From NCBI GenBank assembly GCA_964016885.1, contig OZ024743.1:66092001-66156000 (forward strand): DNA of 64,000 nt. Direction: 5' to 3'. Origin of the DNA: Eledone cirrhosa. Lineage: Eukaryota. The position numbers and the translations under genes are program-made. The first letter of the stretch is position 1. Each line of letters opens with the position of its first letter. The notes under the pieces are model-generated. The model was not told where the DNA came from. It was given only the letters and a program-made list of their open reading frames with translations, and did not search any database. Below are positions 14,641 to 28,565 of the stretch, in pieces.

Positions 14641-15286
14641 TATAATAATATAATGTAATATAATATAGTACAGTAGGTATATTGTATATAGTATAATATA
14701 GCGTATGATGCATCATAACATAAAATAGTAAATATTTTCAAGTGTATAAGTAATCAAACTCAGATAAATGCATGTTGACATATAGTCAAAAGGCATAATT
14801 TTCTTAGACCACAAAAGTACATATATTCACATAAATAGATAGACGTATAATTACATTGATACTCCATTAAAAACATACATACGCATACATAGATATAAAC
14901 ATATACAAATACATACATACACGCACACAAACATATATATATATACACAATTATACATACATATATACATGTACACACACATACATGTACATACACATAT
15001 ACACACACATACACATATACACACACATACACATATACACACATATATATATACATATATATATATATTCTCCTATCATACATAGATACATGTATAGCCA
15101 TGTAATTACAGGTGGTTATGTACCTTGATGCCCTTAGTCAGTAACGCATGAATCTATGGAAGCTAAAAAATTAAAAGGTTAAAAAATAAAAAAAATAAAA
15201 CAGGAAGGCGTATAATTAGGGGAAGGGGATACTACCAAATGGTACGTCACATAGAACTATAGTGAGTTGCTATTTAGAATGTTTAA

Positions 15287-15716
15287 TTAGGTGTATAGTA
15301 CTTAAATGTTTTTCGTATACGGTGATTACAAGCTATAATCAGTTCCTGTCTTTTATTCAATAAATCGTCTTTAGATTTAGTAATTTACAAGATCTCCCCG
15401 GAACATAACCTGCATTCTCTCCTGTTCCCAAGATATGGAGTTATTTGTAGAATGGTATTCCACGATAGCTTGAAATCTATTTTTTTCTTTTTATAGTTAT
15501 TCACTGCTTCAGCTAAAGATGTGGTGTTAGCTAGTTTAATATTGTTAAAGCTACTGGAGTGTGCGCAATATCTTTTCTTAAATGTGTTCGATGTAGATCC
15601 TATATACGATTTGTTGGAGTCAGTAGTAGACACAGTACATTTATATATTACATTATTAATCAAACAGTTGCCATTTAAGGGGCAAACACTTCTATTTCTG
15701 CAATTACAACCATACG
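15287..15716 (-). pseudogene. PLE GIY-YIG endonuclease remnant
   Basis: CNCRNRSVCPLNGNCLINNVIYKCTV...YIGSTSNTFKKRYCAH...CRLCSGE, with an internal stop at 15385. Confidence 0.88.
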
Positions 15717-15921
15717 TAAATAGCAACTCACTATAGTTCTATGTCACGTACCATTTGTTAGTATCCTCTTCCCCTAATTATACGCCTTCCTGTTTATTTT
15801 TTTATTTTTTACCTTTTAATTTTTTAGCTTCCATAGATTCAAGCGTTACTAAGGGCATCAAGGTACATAACCACCTGTAATTGCATGGGTATACATATAT
15901 CTATGTATGTATGATAGGGGA

Positions 15922-15960
<39 letters not shown>

Positions 15961-16031
15961 TGTGTGTATATGTGTATGTGTGTGTAAATGTGTATGTACA
16001 TGTATGTGTGTGTACATGTATATATGTATAA

Positions 16032-16107
<76 letters not shown>

Positions 16108-16198
16108 ATTTACATATACATAAAGTCATAGATATATATGTTTTGCAACCGGTCACGTTGTGGCTCAAAGAAAAATTAATAAATTAAATAATCAGAGC

Positions 16199-16378
16199 AA
16201 TATATCATAAATCATGTCATTAGAATTATTAGATAAAATATATACCATTTCCTCTACCAATTACCATAATTAACCATATAAAAAATCAATTATTTTTTAT
16301 ATGGTTAATTATGCTAATTGGTAGAGGAAATGGTATATATTTTATCTAATAATTCTAAGGACAGGATTTATGATATAT
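16199..16378. repeat. ~85-bp-arm fold-back belonging to a small insert nested in a TA run of the right PLE arm
   Basis: tatatcataaatcatgtcattagaattattagataaaatatataccatttcctctaccaatta... followed by its reverse complement. Confidence 0.8.
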
Positions 16379-17120
16379 ATATATATATGTTTGTGTGCGT
16401 GTATGTATGTATTTGTATATGTTTATATCTATGTATGCGTATGTATGTTTTTAATGGAGTATCAATGTAATTATACCTCTATCTATATATGTGAATATAT
16501 GTACTTTTGTGGTCTAAGAAAATTATGCCTTTTGACTATATGTCAACATGCATTTATCTGAGTTTGGTTACTTATACACTTGAAAATATTTACTATTTTA
16601 TGTTATGATGCATCATACGCTATATTATACTATATACAATATACCATACTGTACTATATTATATTACATTATATTATATTAGTATATTATTATATTTTAT
16701 TATCTTATTATAATTTTCATCTTTTAATATACTATCCTTCCTAGTTATGACCATTACTTTACCTATCTATATCTATCCTAGTTATTTCTGTATATTTTAT
16801 ATTTACTTATTTATATTCACCTAAAAATTCCATACAACACAACTCAACATTTAATTTGTACATTCCTTTTTAAACTTCACTCCACCATCTACATTCCACT
16901 ATTAATATAACAATTCCTTTTTAATCATAGGTTCTTTTTAGTAATTCTATTTTTAACACCACTCAACCATTCCCTTCAAAGGGTCATGACCTCAACTAAA
17001 GTGAGTTATATTTCATCTTAACATCATATGGCAAAAAATCATTTCATTGGTTTGTTCTTCAGCTACCTCCAAATAATGTTATAGAACTCAATTTATTATT
17101 GATTTTGAATAAAATTGTCA

Positions 17121-17258
17121 TTGCTTTTGACAACGGCTGATGATATACATGTAGGTAAATATATTCCTTATTTGATATTTTGTAACTAACCCTACATAGA
17201 TCGATAACGAAATATACCTACGATGTATTATTATCACCTAGAAATGATCGTAAAGCAG
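17121..17258 (+). ncRNA. Type I hammerhead, U3-A8 variant (mirror copy)
   Basis: TTGCTT 17121-17126; TTGACAA 17127-17133; GAAA 17241-17244; GTA 17250-17252; AAGCAG 17253-17258. Confidence 0.58.
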
Positions 17259-17425
17259 CTAATGACTTGAATTTTTATTTCATTATTTTAACTTATATCA
17301 TGACTCTGTTTTCCTTTTGATGTTTTATTGTTTTCCGGGATTTATTTTAACCTACAACATTTTCAACATATTGATTACATTGGGTTCTTCATGCAGACTA
17401 GACCCCACAACTAACCGAGTATATA

Positions 17426-17519
<94 letters not shown>

Positions 17520-17919
17520 AATCCAGAGATCCAAAAAGATATTCAAGTGGAATTCAACAAGGGTCCTGCTGTTATAATGACAGAATATATATGTATATAT
17601 AGGAAAAGAGTCAGGACCCCGACCGTTGAGCTTCGGCGGTTTCGGATGTATAAATACTGATTTGCCATCGAAGTGATATAAGCTTAACCATAGGGCAAGG
17701 AATCCCAATATTCATATTTCGCTCTACGTTCAAGTATAGAGAACTAAGCTGAATAAAATATTTAGATCTATTCACTATCATGGAGAATTTAAGATTACAT
17801 TTTCTTTAAAATATGTTTCTATACCAAACAATGATGTATATTTGAGAATTCTATCTATCTATCTATCTATCTATCTTATCTAATGTATCTAACTGTCTGT
17901 CTGCCTTTCTGTCTATTTA

Positions 17920-18075
<156 letters not shown>

Positions 18076-18121
18076 GGTATGTGTGTGTGTGTGTATACAT
18101 ACATTCACACATGCATGTGAA

Positions 18122-18168
<47 letters not shown>

Positions 18169-18208
18169 GTAATAAACAACATAAGATAATTATTTCATTT
18201 ACCAGTGG

Positions 18209-19235
<1,027 letters not shown>

Positions 19236-19249
19236 TATATATATATATG

Positions 19250-19400
19250 TATGTAAAAGGCAAACAGAAATTACAAACACAATAGGTACAGTATATGGAA
19301 GGGATATATTAGGTCAACGCTTGATATTGCAGGAAGAGGGTCTTAATGTTTAGGACGCTAGTCCTTCATCAGAATAAAGAATTAGAAATAAGATAGATTG
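19250..19400 (-). mobile_element. Short element with decayed minimal hammerhead (same family as 4104-4200)
   Basis: Reverse complement CTGATGA-AGGAC tagc GTCC-TAAACATTA versus the intact GTCC-GAAACGTTA at 4108. Confidence 0.55.
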
Positions 19401-19487
19401 AGGGAACGGGTGGGTTGGATACATATCCATATATATATATATATATATATATATGCGTGTATGAATGTATGTATGTAGGTATATATG

Positions 19488-19576
<89 letters not shown>

Positions 19577-19582
<6 letters not shown>

Positions 19583-20300
19583 AGGAGTTGACGGATCCAG
19601 CATATTTATCAATGCCAGGACCGGTTGTATCTCAGCGTACTCAATAGGTATTGTAGGATACATTCCCAGAGTATACACATAGTTAATCGCTTCAATACAA
19701 CACACGTAAAACGGGTGCCTATAATAGTTACCGGACTCGAGTTTCGGCCACACTTAGTGCAGCAGCAGGGTGCACTGCACCCTTTGTCTGCATATATTAT
19801 GCAGCAATGCATAATCGGCGTATGTGGCTTCATCAGCGGGTATCTCCTAATCAATAACCAATCGATCGACAGAATCCAACCCCACCCCATGCCGGCTATG
19901 ACTGTTTGTGACGGCCGACACAGTAAAGTGATTAGCAACTGGAATTTGATACAATTCTGTCCACCGACCAGCCACCGATTTACAAACTTTACACGGTGGC
20001 GGGGAAATAGAAAACAAATATATTCGTTCCCGTCAAAAGACCTCAGCCAACGTGTCTCAAACACAAATTAATAAGCAATGAAAAGATGGTTATTAGAAAG
20101 AGCAGTCCCACATCGATGTATAATAGAGTGGTAGCATTCGGCTCATGTCTCCAAGTCCCATGGCTAGAGGAAGGCGATAGTAACAATGGTAGTGCCAAGA
20201 ACCTTTAACGGACATGAAATGTCTATCTATTATATATACATATATAAGGAGGAGGTTATAGTTCACTTGAAGCATTGTCTAATGAGGTATAAACGTTTGA
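19577..20300 (-). mobile_element. Non-coding TA-flanked insert carrying a hammerhead
   Basis: Relatively GC-rich block between TA runs with an HHR at 19729-19842; right boundary approximate. Confidence 0.55.
19729..19842 (-). ncRNA. Type I hammerhead ribozyme with branched loop II
   Basis: Reverse complement: CCG-CTGATGA-A-GCCACA...TGTGGC-C-GAAA-CTCGAG-TC^CGG; palindromic ACTCGAGT. Confidence 0.75.
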
Positions 20301-20323
20301 ATATGTGTATATATACACATATG

Positions 20324-20404
<81 letters not shown>

Positions 20405-20405
<1 letters not shown>

Positions 20406-21360
20406 CGTATTTTCCGTATTTATTACTGTTGTGAAATATTGTGGCTTTTTTTGGTTGTAACTTCTCTGTTTTTTAGCCTAAGAAAATATATATATATGCC
20501 TACGTATATAATTACATGCATATATTTATTTTCTTTTATTAATTGAGTTCTTTACACGAGGAATTAATATTGGTTTTGAAATAACTAATTAACACGCGTG
20601 CGTTTTATATTTTACTCTTAATTCGGCCGGAGAATTATATTCCCATTTGCCCTTTATTGTATAACTTTCTGCATTTACTGCGGTTATGAGAAGCGGTTCT
20701 TATTCGGGTAAAACTTCTGATTTAGCCTAAGAAAATATCTATATGCGTGTGTAATTTATACAAGCATATATTTATTTTTTTATTTTCAATTGAGTTCTTA
20801 AACACGTTGGATTGATAATGTTTTCAAAAAAACTAATTAACCCGCGTGTATATTATTATTTTTTTCCTCATTTCGTGGATCGTGGGTTGTCTCCCCTTCC
20901 CGCTTCGTGTCGCTATGATACTTCCTCAGTCAAAAACTGCTGGAATTTCAAATTTGGCGGTCATTCGAGGTGGGAGGGAGAACTTTACGGACACGTTTTT
21001 TGACAGCGGTAAGAAATTGTTTTCTTATATCAATGTTTAATGGGCTTCCACTGATGATTTATAAGTACCCACCTAAATATATTCTTACATGAATATATAT
21101 TAGGCTTCTACATAAACTGGAAACATTCCCCCAACTTGTAGAAAACTTATAATGAAACAATTGTTTGGAAAGAAAGATATACTTTAACCTTAATTATGTC
21201 TCATGAAATAATACAACTGGTTCTTCCACATTATACATATTGTTAGCACCCCAAACACTTAAATTGGGTTTATATTTTAATATAATCTAATGTTTGTTGA
21301 GTGAGATGGTTACCAGTCAGAGTTTAGCTTTAAACTATCTCTGTTATTGTATTAAATATG
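20405..21360 (+). mobile_element. Non-coding TA-flanked insert with a degenerate 249-bp duplication and a hammerhead
   Basis: tttagcctaagaaaata... repeated at 20472 and 20721; HHR at 21046-21170. Confidence 0.5.
21046..21170 (+). ncRNA. Type I hammerhead ribozyme (U10.1/U11.1, GUU site)
   Basis: TTCCA-CTGATGA-T-TTATAAGT...ACTTATAA-T-GAAA-CAATTG-TT^TGGAA. Confidence 0.75.
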
Positions 21361-21585
21361 TATATATATATATATATACACACATATGTATATATATATA
21401 TATATATATATATCCATATATATATATATATGTAATTAGTTACATATATAGGTACTTAACTTTCGTTGGGTTATACACCCAACTCATTCAATGAACTACT
21501 GTTATAACTGATTATACTTAACACGTCCTATGGACTGAATGCTCTTACCCTTGGATATTTCTCCCAAACTTAACTTATTCTATAG

Positions 21586-21622
<37 letters not shown>

Positions 21623-21655
21623 ATATATATAAATATATATGCGCGTGTGTGTGTG

Positions 21656-21769
<114 letters not shown>

Positions 21770-22329
21770 ATACAGAGAGAGAGAGAGAGAGAGAGATTAC
21801 AGAGAAAATGAGCGAAGCATAAAATGGAAATGAGTGGGGACTAGATGAATAGATAAACTGATAGACAAACAGACAGATATACTAACAGACAGACATATAT
21901 AGAGATATAATGGTTAATAATAGCCTCAAACTGAGTGAGCTTTACTAATTTGGCAGAAGGAGATATGAAAACATGTACAAATTAACTCACCTCCACAGAT
22001 ATTACGATGGCTGATAAGTGCTGTGTACAATGTAAATAAAAAAAGAATTCCATTTTGATCATAGCTTTTATTTTATTAGTATTATTTATTATTTGATTAT
22101 TGTTATTATTTATTAGTGGTATTATTATTAATATTGATATTGTTGTTATTGTTGTTGTTACTGTTGTTGTTGTTAACCTAGACTACTGGCTTTTGTGGCG
22201 AACCACTACTTTTACTATGGAGGTTCTCTCTATGTAGCTGTCTGTTAGTGAGATTGATGTCTGTTTACCTGGCTACGTTTGAAGTAGATCACATAGTCCA
22301 TTAAGTCATTAACAGCGAGGAATTAGGTG

Positions 22330-23235
22330 AAATGAAACAAATACAAGTACTAATAAAAACAATACAAATAATAAATATAATAAAGATAATGAAATAATAA
22401 AACCAATAAAACAAAATTATAAGAAAACAAACCAATAATAAAAAAAAACATTACGAGAACAAAAAAAATAAGAAAAATAAGAGTGCAGCACCATCGTCAT
22501 TAGCAACAACATCTACAACAATAACTACACCAACAAGTACACCAACAAGGACAACATATATAACTAAAACAACAACTACAACAACAAGTACAGCTACAAC
22601 AACAAGTACAACAGATATAATAATTACTACAACAACAACTACAACAATTACAACAACGTGTATAGCTACAACTACAACAAGAACAACAACAATACCAGTG
22701 ATGACTGCTACGACAGTATCAAAGATGATCAGATAAAAAAAATATAAATTACCAAAGTAAAACAACAACAATAAATGATTTAATAAAAGTGAAGAAGTAA
22801 TACAATAACTGCAACATCTAGAATAACAACAACAACAACCACAACAAGAACCACCACGACAGCAACAAGAAAAACCAGGACAATGACAGCAACAGCCACA
22901 ACGACAACAACAACAACAACAACAACAATAACGACAGCAACAACAACGACGACAACGACAGCAACAGCAACGACGACAACGACAGCAACAACAACAACAA
23001 CAACAACAACAACGACAGCAACAACAACGACGACAGCAACAACAACAACAACGACTGCAGTTTCATCAAACTAACAAGGAAAGCAAACATACGCGAAGAC
23101 ACCCAGGTAGTACGCAAGCGATACATATATGAATTAATGGATCTTACATCAGCAGACTGCTACTACTACTACTACTACTGCTGCTGCTGCTACTAATGCT
23201 TCTACTACTACTGCTACTACTACTACTACTAATCA
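22330..23235. repeat. (AAC)/(AAT)/(CTA)-rich low-complexity region
   Basis: Direct reading. Confidence 0.85.
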
Positions 23236-23236
23236 T

Positions 23237-23555
23237 AATTGTTTCTATTTTTGTCACAAGGCCAGCAATTACCCAGTACATTACTGGTACTTTATTTTAC
23301 CGACCCCGTAAGGATGAAAGGCAAAGTTAACCTCGGCGGGATTTGAACTACTACTACTACTAATAATAATAATAATTGTTTCTACTTTAGGCACAAGGCC
23401 AGCAATTACCCAGTGCATTACTAGTACTTTATTTTATCGACCCCGTAAGGATGAAAGGCAAAGTCAACCTCGGCGGGATTTGAACTCATATCGTAAGGGG
23501 ACATAACTATGCTGGAAAGCATGGCGTCCGACCCTCTACCGATACTGCCAATCCA
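23237..23555 (-). mobile_element. Two adjacent tRNA-derived SINEs (23237-23349 truncated; 23374-23555 full)
   Basis: Family signature present twice. Confidence 0.88.
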
Positions 23556-23562
23556 CAATAAT

Positions 23563-25552
23563 GATTTCATTTATTGGCCACAAGGGCCGACATATAGGGG
23601 ACAATACAAAAGACTGGGACAGTGGGGTTTTACAGAAACATCGAGTAAACAATATGAATAACAATAACAAAGTAACAATAAAAATACAACAAGAAAAATT
23701 CCCCAGTAGGGGGGGGGGGGGATGACCACCCAGGGTTCGTTCAGGTACCCCACCAATCATGAACGACCCGACGCTTCGAGAGCACCCTGGAAGGGCACCT
23801 CTCTCCTCCTCAAATTTACCCACCTACAGCCGCATGACCAGAGTAGGCCACTCACACGGGCCATTCTCGCCACATTCACCCACCTTTCAGCAAATGTACT
23901 GGGGGGAAGCACTTCTCTCTCCACCCTCACCTTCCTTTACAAATGAAACTTGAAAAAGTTGATGAGGGATTGGCCGAAGAGAAAAGTGTCTGTCTTCAGT
24001 CATTTCAACCTCGTCCACCATACAACCTCTTTCGCTACTGCCACCAGACAGAAAAATGTCCTGCCCTTCCTGGCCAAAAGAATGCGGCGGGTCGATCTTC
24101 ACTATGGACTCGGCCGATAGCCGGATCCGTTCTACACGCGACAACAGCTGTTCGACATAACTCCACAAGTCAGTAATGCACGGACACTGGACGAGTGCGT
24201 GCAAAACGGTTTCGTCGCTCTGCGCGCATCTCGGGCAGGTCCGTCTGACAGCACTTCCGTGCCTGTAGAGTTTATCTCGAACCGGCAGTGCCCCCCGGTA
24301 GCACTGCCAAGCGAGGGATTTTTGGAAATTATCCATCGTCCCCGGTTCGAAAGTCCTCCGGAACAGACTGGTTAGTTCGACTTCGTCGACTCCCAGAGCC
24401 TCTCCGAGTGCGTCGTCGCACTTCCCACCACTAATAATCCTCAATAGAACTCGAGAGTTGAAATTCCACTGACCGCATTGCCCGCCTGGTAGAGGGAAGT
24501 GAGTGCCTGGCAACATTTCAGATGCCAGTCACCCAGTCTCGGTCTCTTCTTGACCCAGGACTGCAGCTCAGTCAAAGAAACCAGCTGCGGAAAGGCCCGT
24601 CTGACAAACGGCGACCACACCGGTTCACCATTTAGGCAGAATATCTGGAGATGCCACAGCCTCATCGCGTATCTGCGCATCATTAGCCACGGCATGCCCA
24701 ACCCTCCACGTAGAGGGTGCTGGCAGCAGATGGACCGCCTCACCAGCGGAACCTGACCCCTCCACAAGAATTTGAAGAGGAGCCGCTCCAAGATGGCGAG
24801 GCGCGAACGGGGGCAAGGGACGACAGTCAGACAGTAGTAGATGACGGACGCGATGTACGCGTTCGCCACCTCCGCTCGACCTTTCAGTGATAGCTTCCTT
24901 CCAGCCCATTTCTGGGTGAGACTGGCTACCCTGCCCGTCACCTCGTCCCAATTCTTATCTACCTGGAGGTCTGGCCCGAACCAAACCCCGAACAACTTTA
25001 CCGGTCCGTCCGTCCAGCGCCGAACCACGCTGTTTGACGGCATGGACTTGCCTCTCCAGGTGCCGAGTTGCAAGCCCACCGACTTTTTCGGGTTAAGTTT
25101 TGCTCCCGTCAACCTTTCATATTCCTCCAATAAGTTGCTGACCACATCTATTTCTGAGGTATCCGACACAGCCTTTCCGCATCCCGGTTCGAGCGGGATG
25201 CCCTGCAACAGCTCCAGCTTCCGCAGTAAAGGCTCGAGAGTCAATACGTACAGAAGGGAGGAGAGAGGGCCCCCTTGACGGACCGATCGGTAGACCTGAA
25301 ACGATTCCGAGAGGTGGCCATTAATTTTGACCACCGTGCAGGTGCCGCTGTACATTGCAGCGATCCAGTTTCTGAAGACGGGACCAAAGCCAGCCGCCTT
25401 GAGGACAGCCTCCAGGTACCGATGGTCGACTCTATCGAGTGCTTTCTTTTGATCTAAATTAATCAGGTCACCACCGAAGCCAGGTTTACACCCTACCCTC
25501 TCTATGATGTATCGCATTAGGTGGAGGTTGTCGTGTATGGACCTGGTTGGGT
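23563..25552 (-). pseudogene. Tx1/L1-clade LINE ORF2 (RT + C-terminal Zn finger), frameshifted, with 3' UTR
   Basis: LDQKKALDRVDHRYL, VRQGGPLSSLLY, LSLKGRAEVAN, GGLG and CPRCAQSDETVLHALVQC in ORFs 24441-25517 and 23887-24516. The YADD segment is deleted. Confidence 0.9.
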
Positions 25553-26420
25553 CATAATGTGAATGACCGTCCCATTCTGAAGGAGGATGTGGTCCGGGAT
25601 TGTCTTCACATTCTCGGGCCTGATCTGGAGAAGTATCTCCAGGTCAACCCCGGACCAGTCCTCTCTGGCCGTTCTGGTCAATTCTATAGGGACGGTATCC
25701 GTCCCCTCCACAATCACACATCCCAGAAGCCACCACATGTCAAGTCCTGTTGAGATTCTGGGAATGCGGAGATGTGCCGTTCTTTTCACATGTGGGAGGG
25801 GTACATTATGACCTTGCTGGTTTATCAAGGATTCATAGCGTGCTTCATAGCGAGGGCTTCTGACTTGAACAGCACCGAAATGGTGCCGTATTGTCTGCCC
25901 CTTGCTGTGTATTCGGTGTCTTCTCTGATGCACCTCAGTGCGACTTCGACATCTGCTTGTGGGATTAAAGCTGCCTTTTGGTTTCTGCTGAGATGCATCT
26001 ATAATGGACCGTTCTGAGCTCCACTGCCTCAATAGCTTCTACCGGGACAGTTAAGTTGGCCCAGGTTTGCTCTTGCTTGATGAGCTTCCATGCCTGGGCC
26101 AACTTTTCATCTTTGTTTGAGAGGTCCATGTTGAAGCATGGCCTCTTTTTTTCTGCTGCCGCAGCGAAAGTGTTCTTCTTGTTGTCGTTGGAGGTGTTGT
26201 TGTCGTTGTCGTTGTCTTGTTAGTGTTGTTGTTATCACTGTCGCAGTTATCATTGTTGTCTTTGTTGCCACCGTTGTTCTCGGTGCAGTTGGTATTGTTG
26301 CTGTTGGTGTTGTCGCTGTTTGTTTTCATGTTAGTGGTGTTGATATTGTTGTTGCATTTGTCATTTTTTTTTGTTATCTGTTTTTTCGTTGTAGCTGTTA
26401 CTGTCATTTTTTTCAAAATT
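25553..26420 (-). pseudogene. Probable degenerate LINE ORF1 fragment
   Basis: Manual translation gives an Asn-rich start, then NTFAAAAEKKRP...AWKLIKQEQ and YGTISVLFKSEALAMKHA...KRTAHLRIPRI, with stops and frameshifts. ORF1 identity is inferred from style and position. Confidence 0.45.
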
Positions 26421-26431
26421 AGAGTTCTCAT

Positions 26432-26725
26432 TGGTATCGAACCAGGCCCCGAGCAATTTCACCGGTCCTTCCATCCAGCGTCCGACAACACTGTCGGACG
26501 GCATCGGTTTGCCTCTCCACGTTCCGAGTTGCAAACCGACAGACTTGTCCGGGTTCAGTTTTGCTTCTGTGAACCTTTTGTATTCCTGTAGTAGTTTGCC
26601 GATTACCTTGATTTCCGAGGTTTTCGACACCATTACCGTCACGTCGTCGGCATAAGCCGACGCCGCTTTTTGCCGTCCCGGTTCTAATGGGATGCCCTGC
26701 AAAAGCTCCACCTTCCGCAGTAGGG
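26432..26725 (-). pseudogene. Tx1-like RT fragment containing YADD
   Basis: SAYADDVTVMV...KLNPDKSVGLQLGTW in ORF 26361-26711. Confidence 0.88.
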
Positions 26726-26874
26726 GCTAACGCTACTATGGGGTTGTTTTACACCCCGTGGATAGACCAACCCTCAACACCAGGAACTCGTTTTGTAAGT
26801 GCTCCCGTCTTCCCTCTATTTATCTTCCTCAACCTACAGGTTTATATCCGACGTTCTAACGTTGTCGCATTACA

Positions 26875-27507
26875 TCTATACATATATACAGTTGTATTCC
26901 TGTCTGTTCACGAACTCTTCCTATGATTTGGGAGATAGATCCCCATAACCGTATACTTTCTGAAATTACATTGCCCAGGGATAAGTATATATCATTTTAA
27001 TCAAAGGGTTCGCCGAAAACAAGCGCTGAAAAATGTTTCCCTTCGATTTATATGAAATTTAAACCATAGGTAAAAGACTAGATATGATGCCTATTCACAA
27101 ACTTTCAGAAAATTTCAATAATATTAAGACAACCTAATAGGGGTTAAACCCCCTATTAGGGTTCCCCGGGGGCACAAACCCCGCTGAAAAATTTTCCCTT
27201 CGATTTATATGAAATTTAAATCATAGGTAAATGACAAGATATGATGCCTATTCACAAAAGTTTTGAATTGATATTTAAAAAAAATTATTTACAAGAAACA
27301 AAATAAGAATAAATTTAATAATGTAATTTTGATTTGAAATATTACAAAAAATAATGTTTTTCAATTATTCATGCATTACATTTTACATTGAGTAATATTG
27401 AAATACAGAGCTTTTCTTCATAAAATATATCACTGATTTAAAATCAATCATAATTTTCTTACAAAAGAAATGTGTGAAACGCAGCATGACGCGGGTAATT
27501 CGGCTAG
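26875..27507 (+). mobile_element. Non-autonomous Helitron with a 158-bp internal duplication
   Basis: A^TCTATAC start; repeat starting at 27024 and 27182; 3' end ...cgcgggtaattcggCTAG^T with a degenerate hairpin. Confidence 0.6.
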
Positions 27508-27753
27508 TCATCCAATATATCTGTACGTATTGCGGCTGCATCATATAGATCAAGAAAAAAAAAAGACGTTCATGCCTGGAACGTCTTTAATCATAATTCT
27601 GCTCGATCAGGTCTGAATTTTTATTTACTTGATTTACTCACCCCAAAATCGCAAGGAGTTACTGAGAAGTGAAAAGGGGGAAGAGAGAGAGAGAGAGAAA
27701 GCGAGAGAGAGAGAGAGAAAGCGAGAGAGAGAGAGAGAGAGGGGGGAGAAAGC

Positions 27754-27813
<60 letters not shown>

Positions 27814-27869
27814 GAGAGAGAAAAGATGACGATTGATGTTCTATTTGAATTTTTTGCAAATTATCGTAA

Positions 27870-28051
27870 TAATTCTTTCTACTTTTGGCACAAGGCCAGC
27901 AATTACCCAGTGCATTACTGGTACTTTATTTTATCGACCCCGTAAGGATGAAAGGCAAAGTCAACCTCGGCGGGATTTGAACTCAGATCGTAAAGGGACG
28001 TAACTATGCTGGAAAGCATGGCGTCCGACCCTCTACCGATACTGCCAATCC
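27870..28051 (-). mobile_element. tRNA-derived SINE, near-consensus full copy
   Basis: Minus strand: A-box TGGCAGTATCGG, B-box GAGTTCAAATCC, central GCCTTTCATCCTTACGGGGTCGATAAAATAAAGTACCAG (Meta-type domain from memory, unverified), AT-rich tail. Confidence 0.9.
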
Positions 28052-28328
28052 AAAATTATCGTAATAATGTAGGCGAGATGTGTGAGGGAAGAAATTAATG
28101 AGAATAGAACTAGGAGCAAACAACAACAGTACACGGCCCTCGGGGTTATTCTTTTACCCCATGTCAGTTCTGATCAAGCAGATTTATGATCGCCCTTTTT
28201 AAACTATCAACAGATCATCGTATATTTTAGATGATGCATCAAGGTCTACTTCTTCTAGTGTAGCTTCTTGTGTGACTTGTGTTTAATCTGGAAGTTATTT
28301 CTAGCTACACAGTAACCATAGAGAATTG

Positions 28329-28565
28329 TGAAGGCGCATGGCTTAGTGGTTAGAGCATTGGGCTTGAAATCGAAAGGTTGTGAGTTCAATTCTCGGACTG
28401 GGTGATGTGTTGTCTCCTTGAGCAAGACACTTTATTTCACATTGCTCCAGTTTACTCAGCTGTAGAAAGGAGATGATAGGACTGGGGTTCCTATCATTAA
28501 ATCACCCAAGACACCTCCAACGAGATATACCTTGGAGGAGGCCAGCTAAAGCTGCATAGGTGTAA
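28329..28565 (+). mobile_element. Second tRNA-derived SINE family (CORE-like)
   Basis: TGGCTTAGTGG A-box, GAGTTCAATTC B-box, ccttgagcaagacacttt core; partial reverse copy at 57908-58035. Confidence 0.78.

Larger units (their letters stand above)
13822..17425. mobile_element. Truncated PLE (Naiad-like, inferred) forming a large inverted duplication
   Basis: 13822-15276 is the reverse complement of 15717-17297, apart from nested inserts. GIY-YIG remnant between the arms; one HHR per arm; (TA)n flanks. Confidence 0.85.

Noticed and set aside
17138-17144. Canonical CTGATGA next to the U3-A8 box
   Set aside because: It has no adjacent stem I pairing, whereas TTGACAA gives a 6-bp stem I. It is read as part of stem II, though not fully excluded.
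28329-28410. tRNA-like sequence
   Set aside because: It continues into a SINE body with a second copy at 57908; not a tRNA gene.
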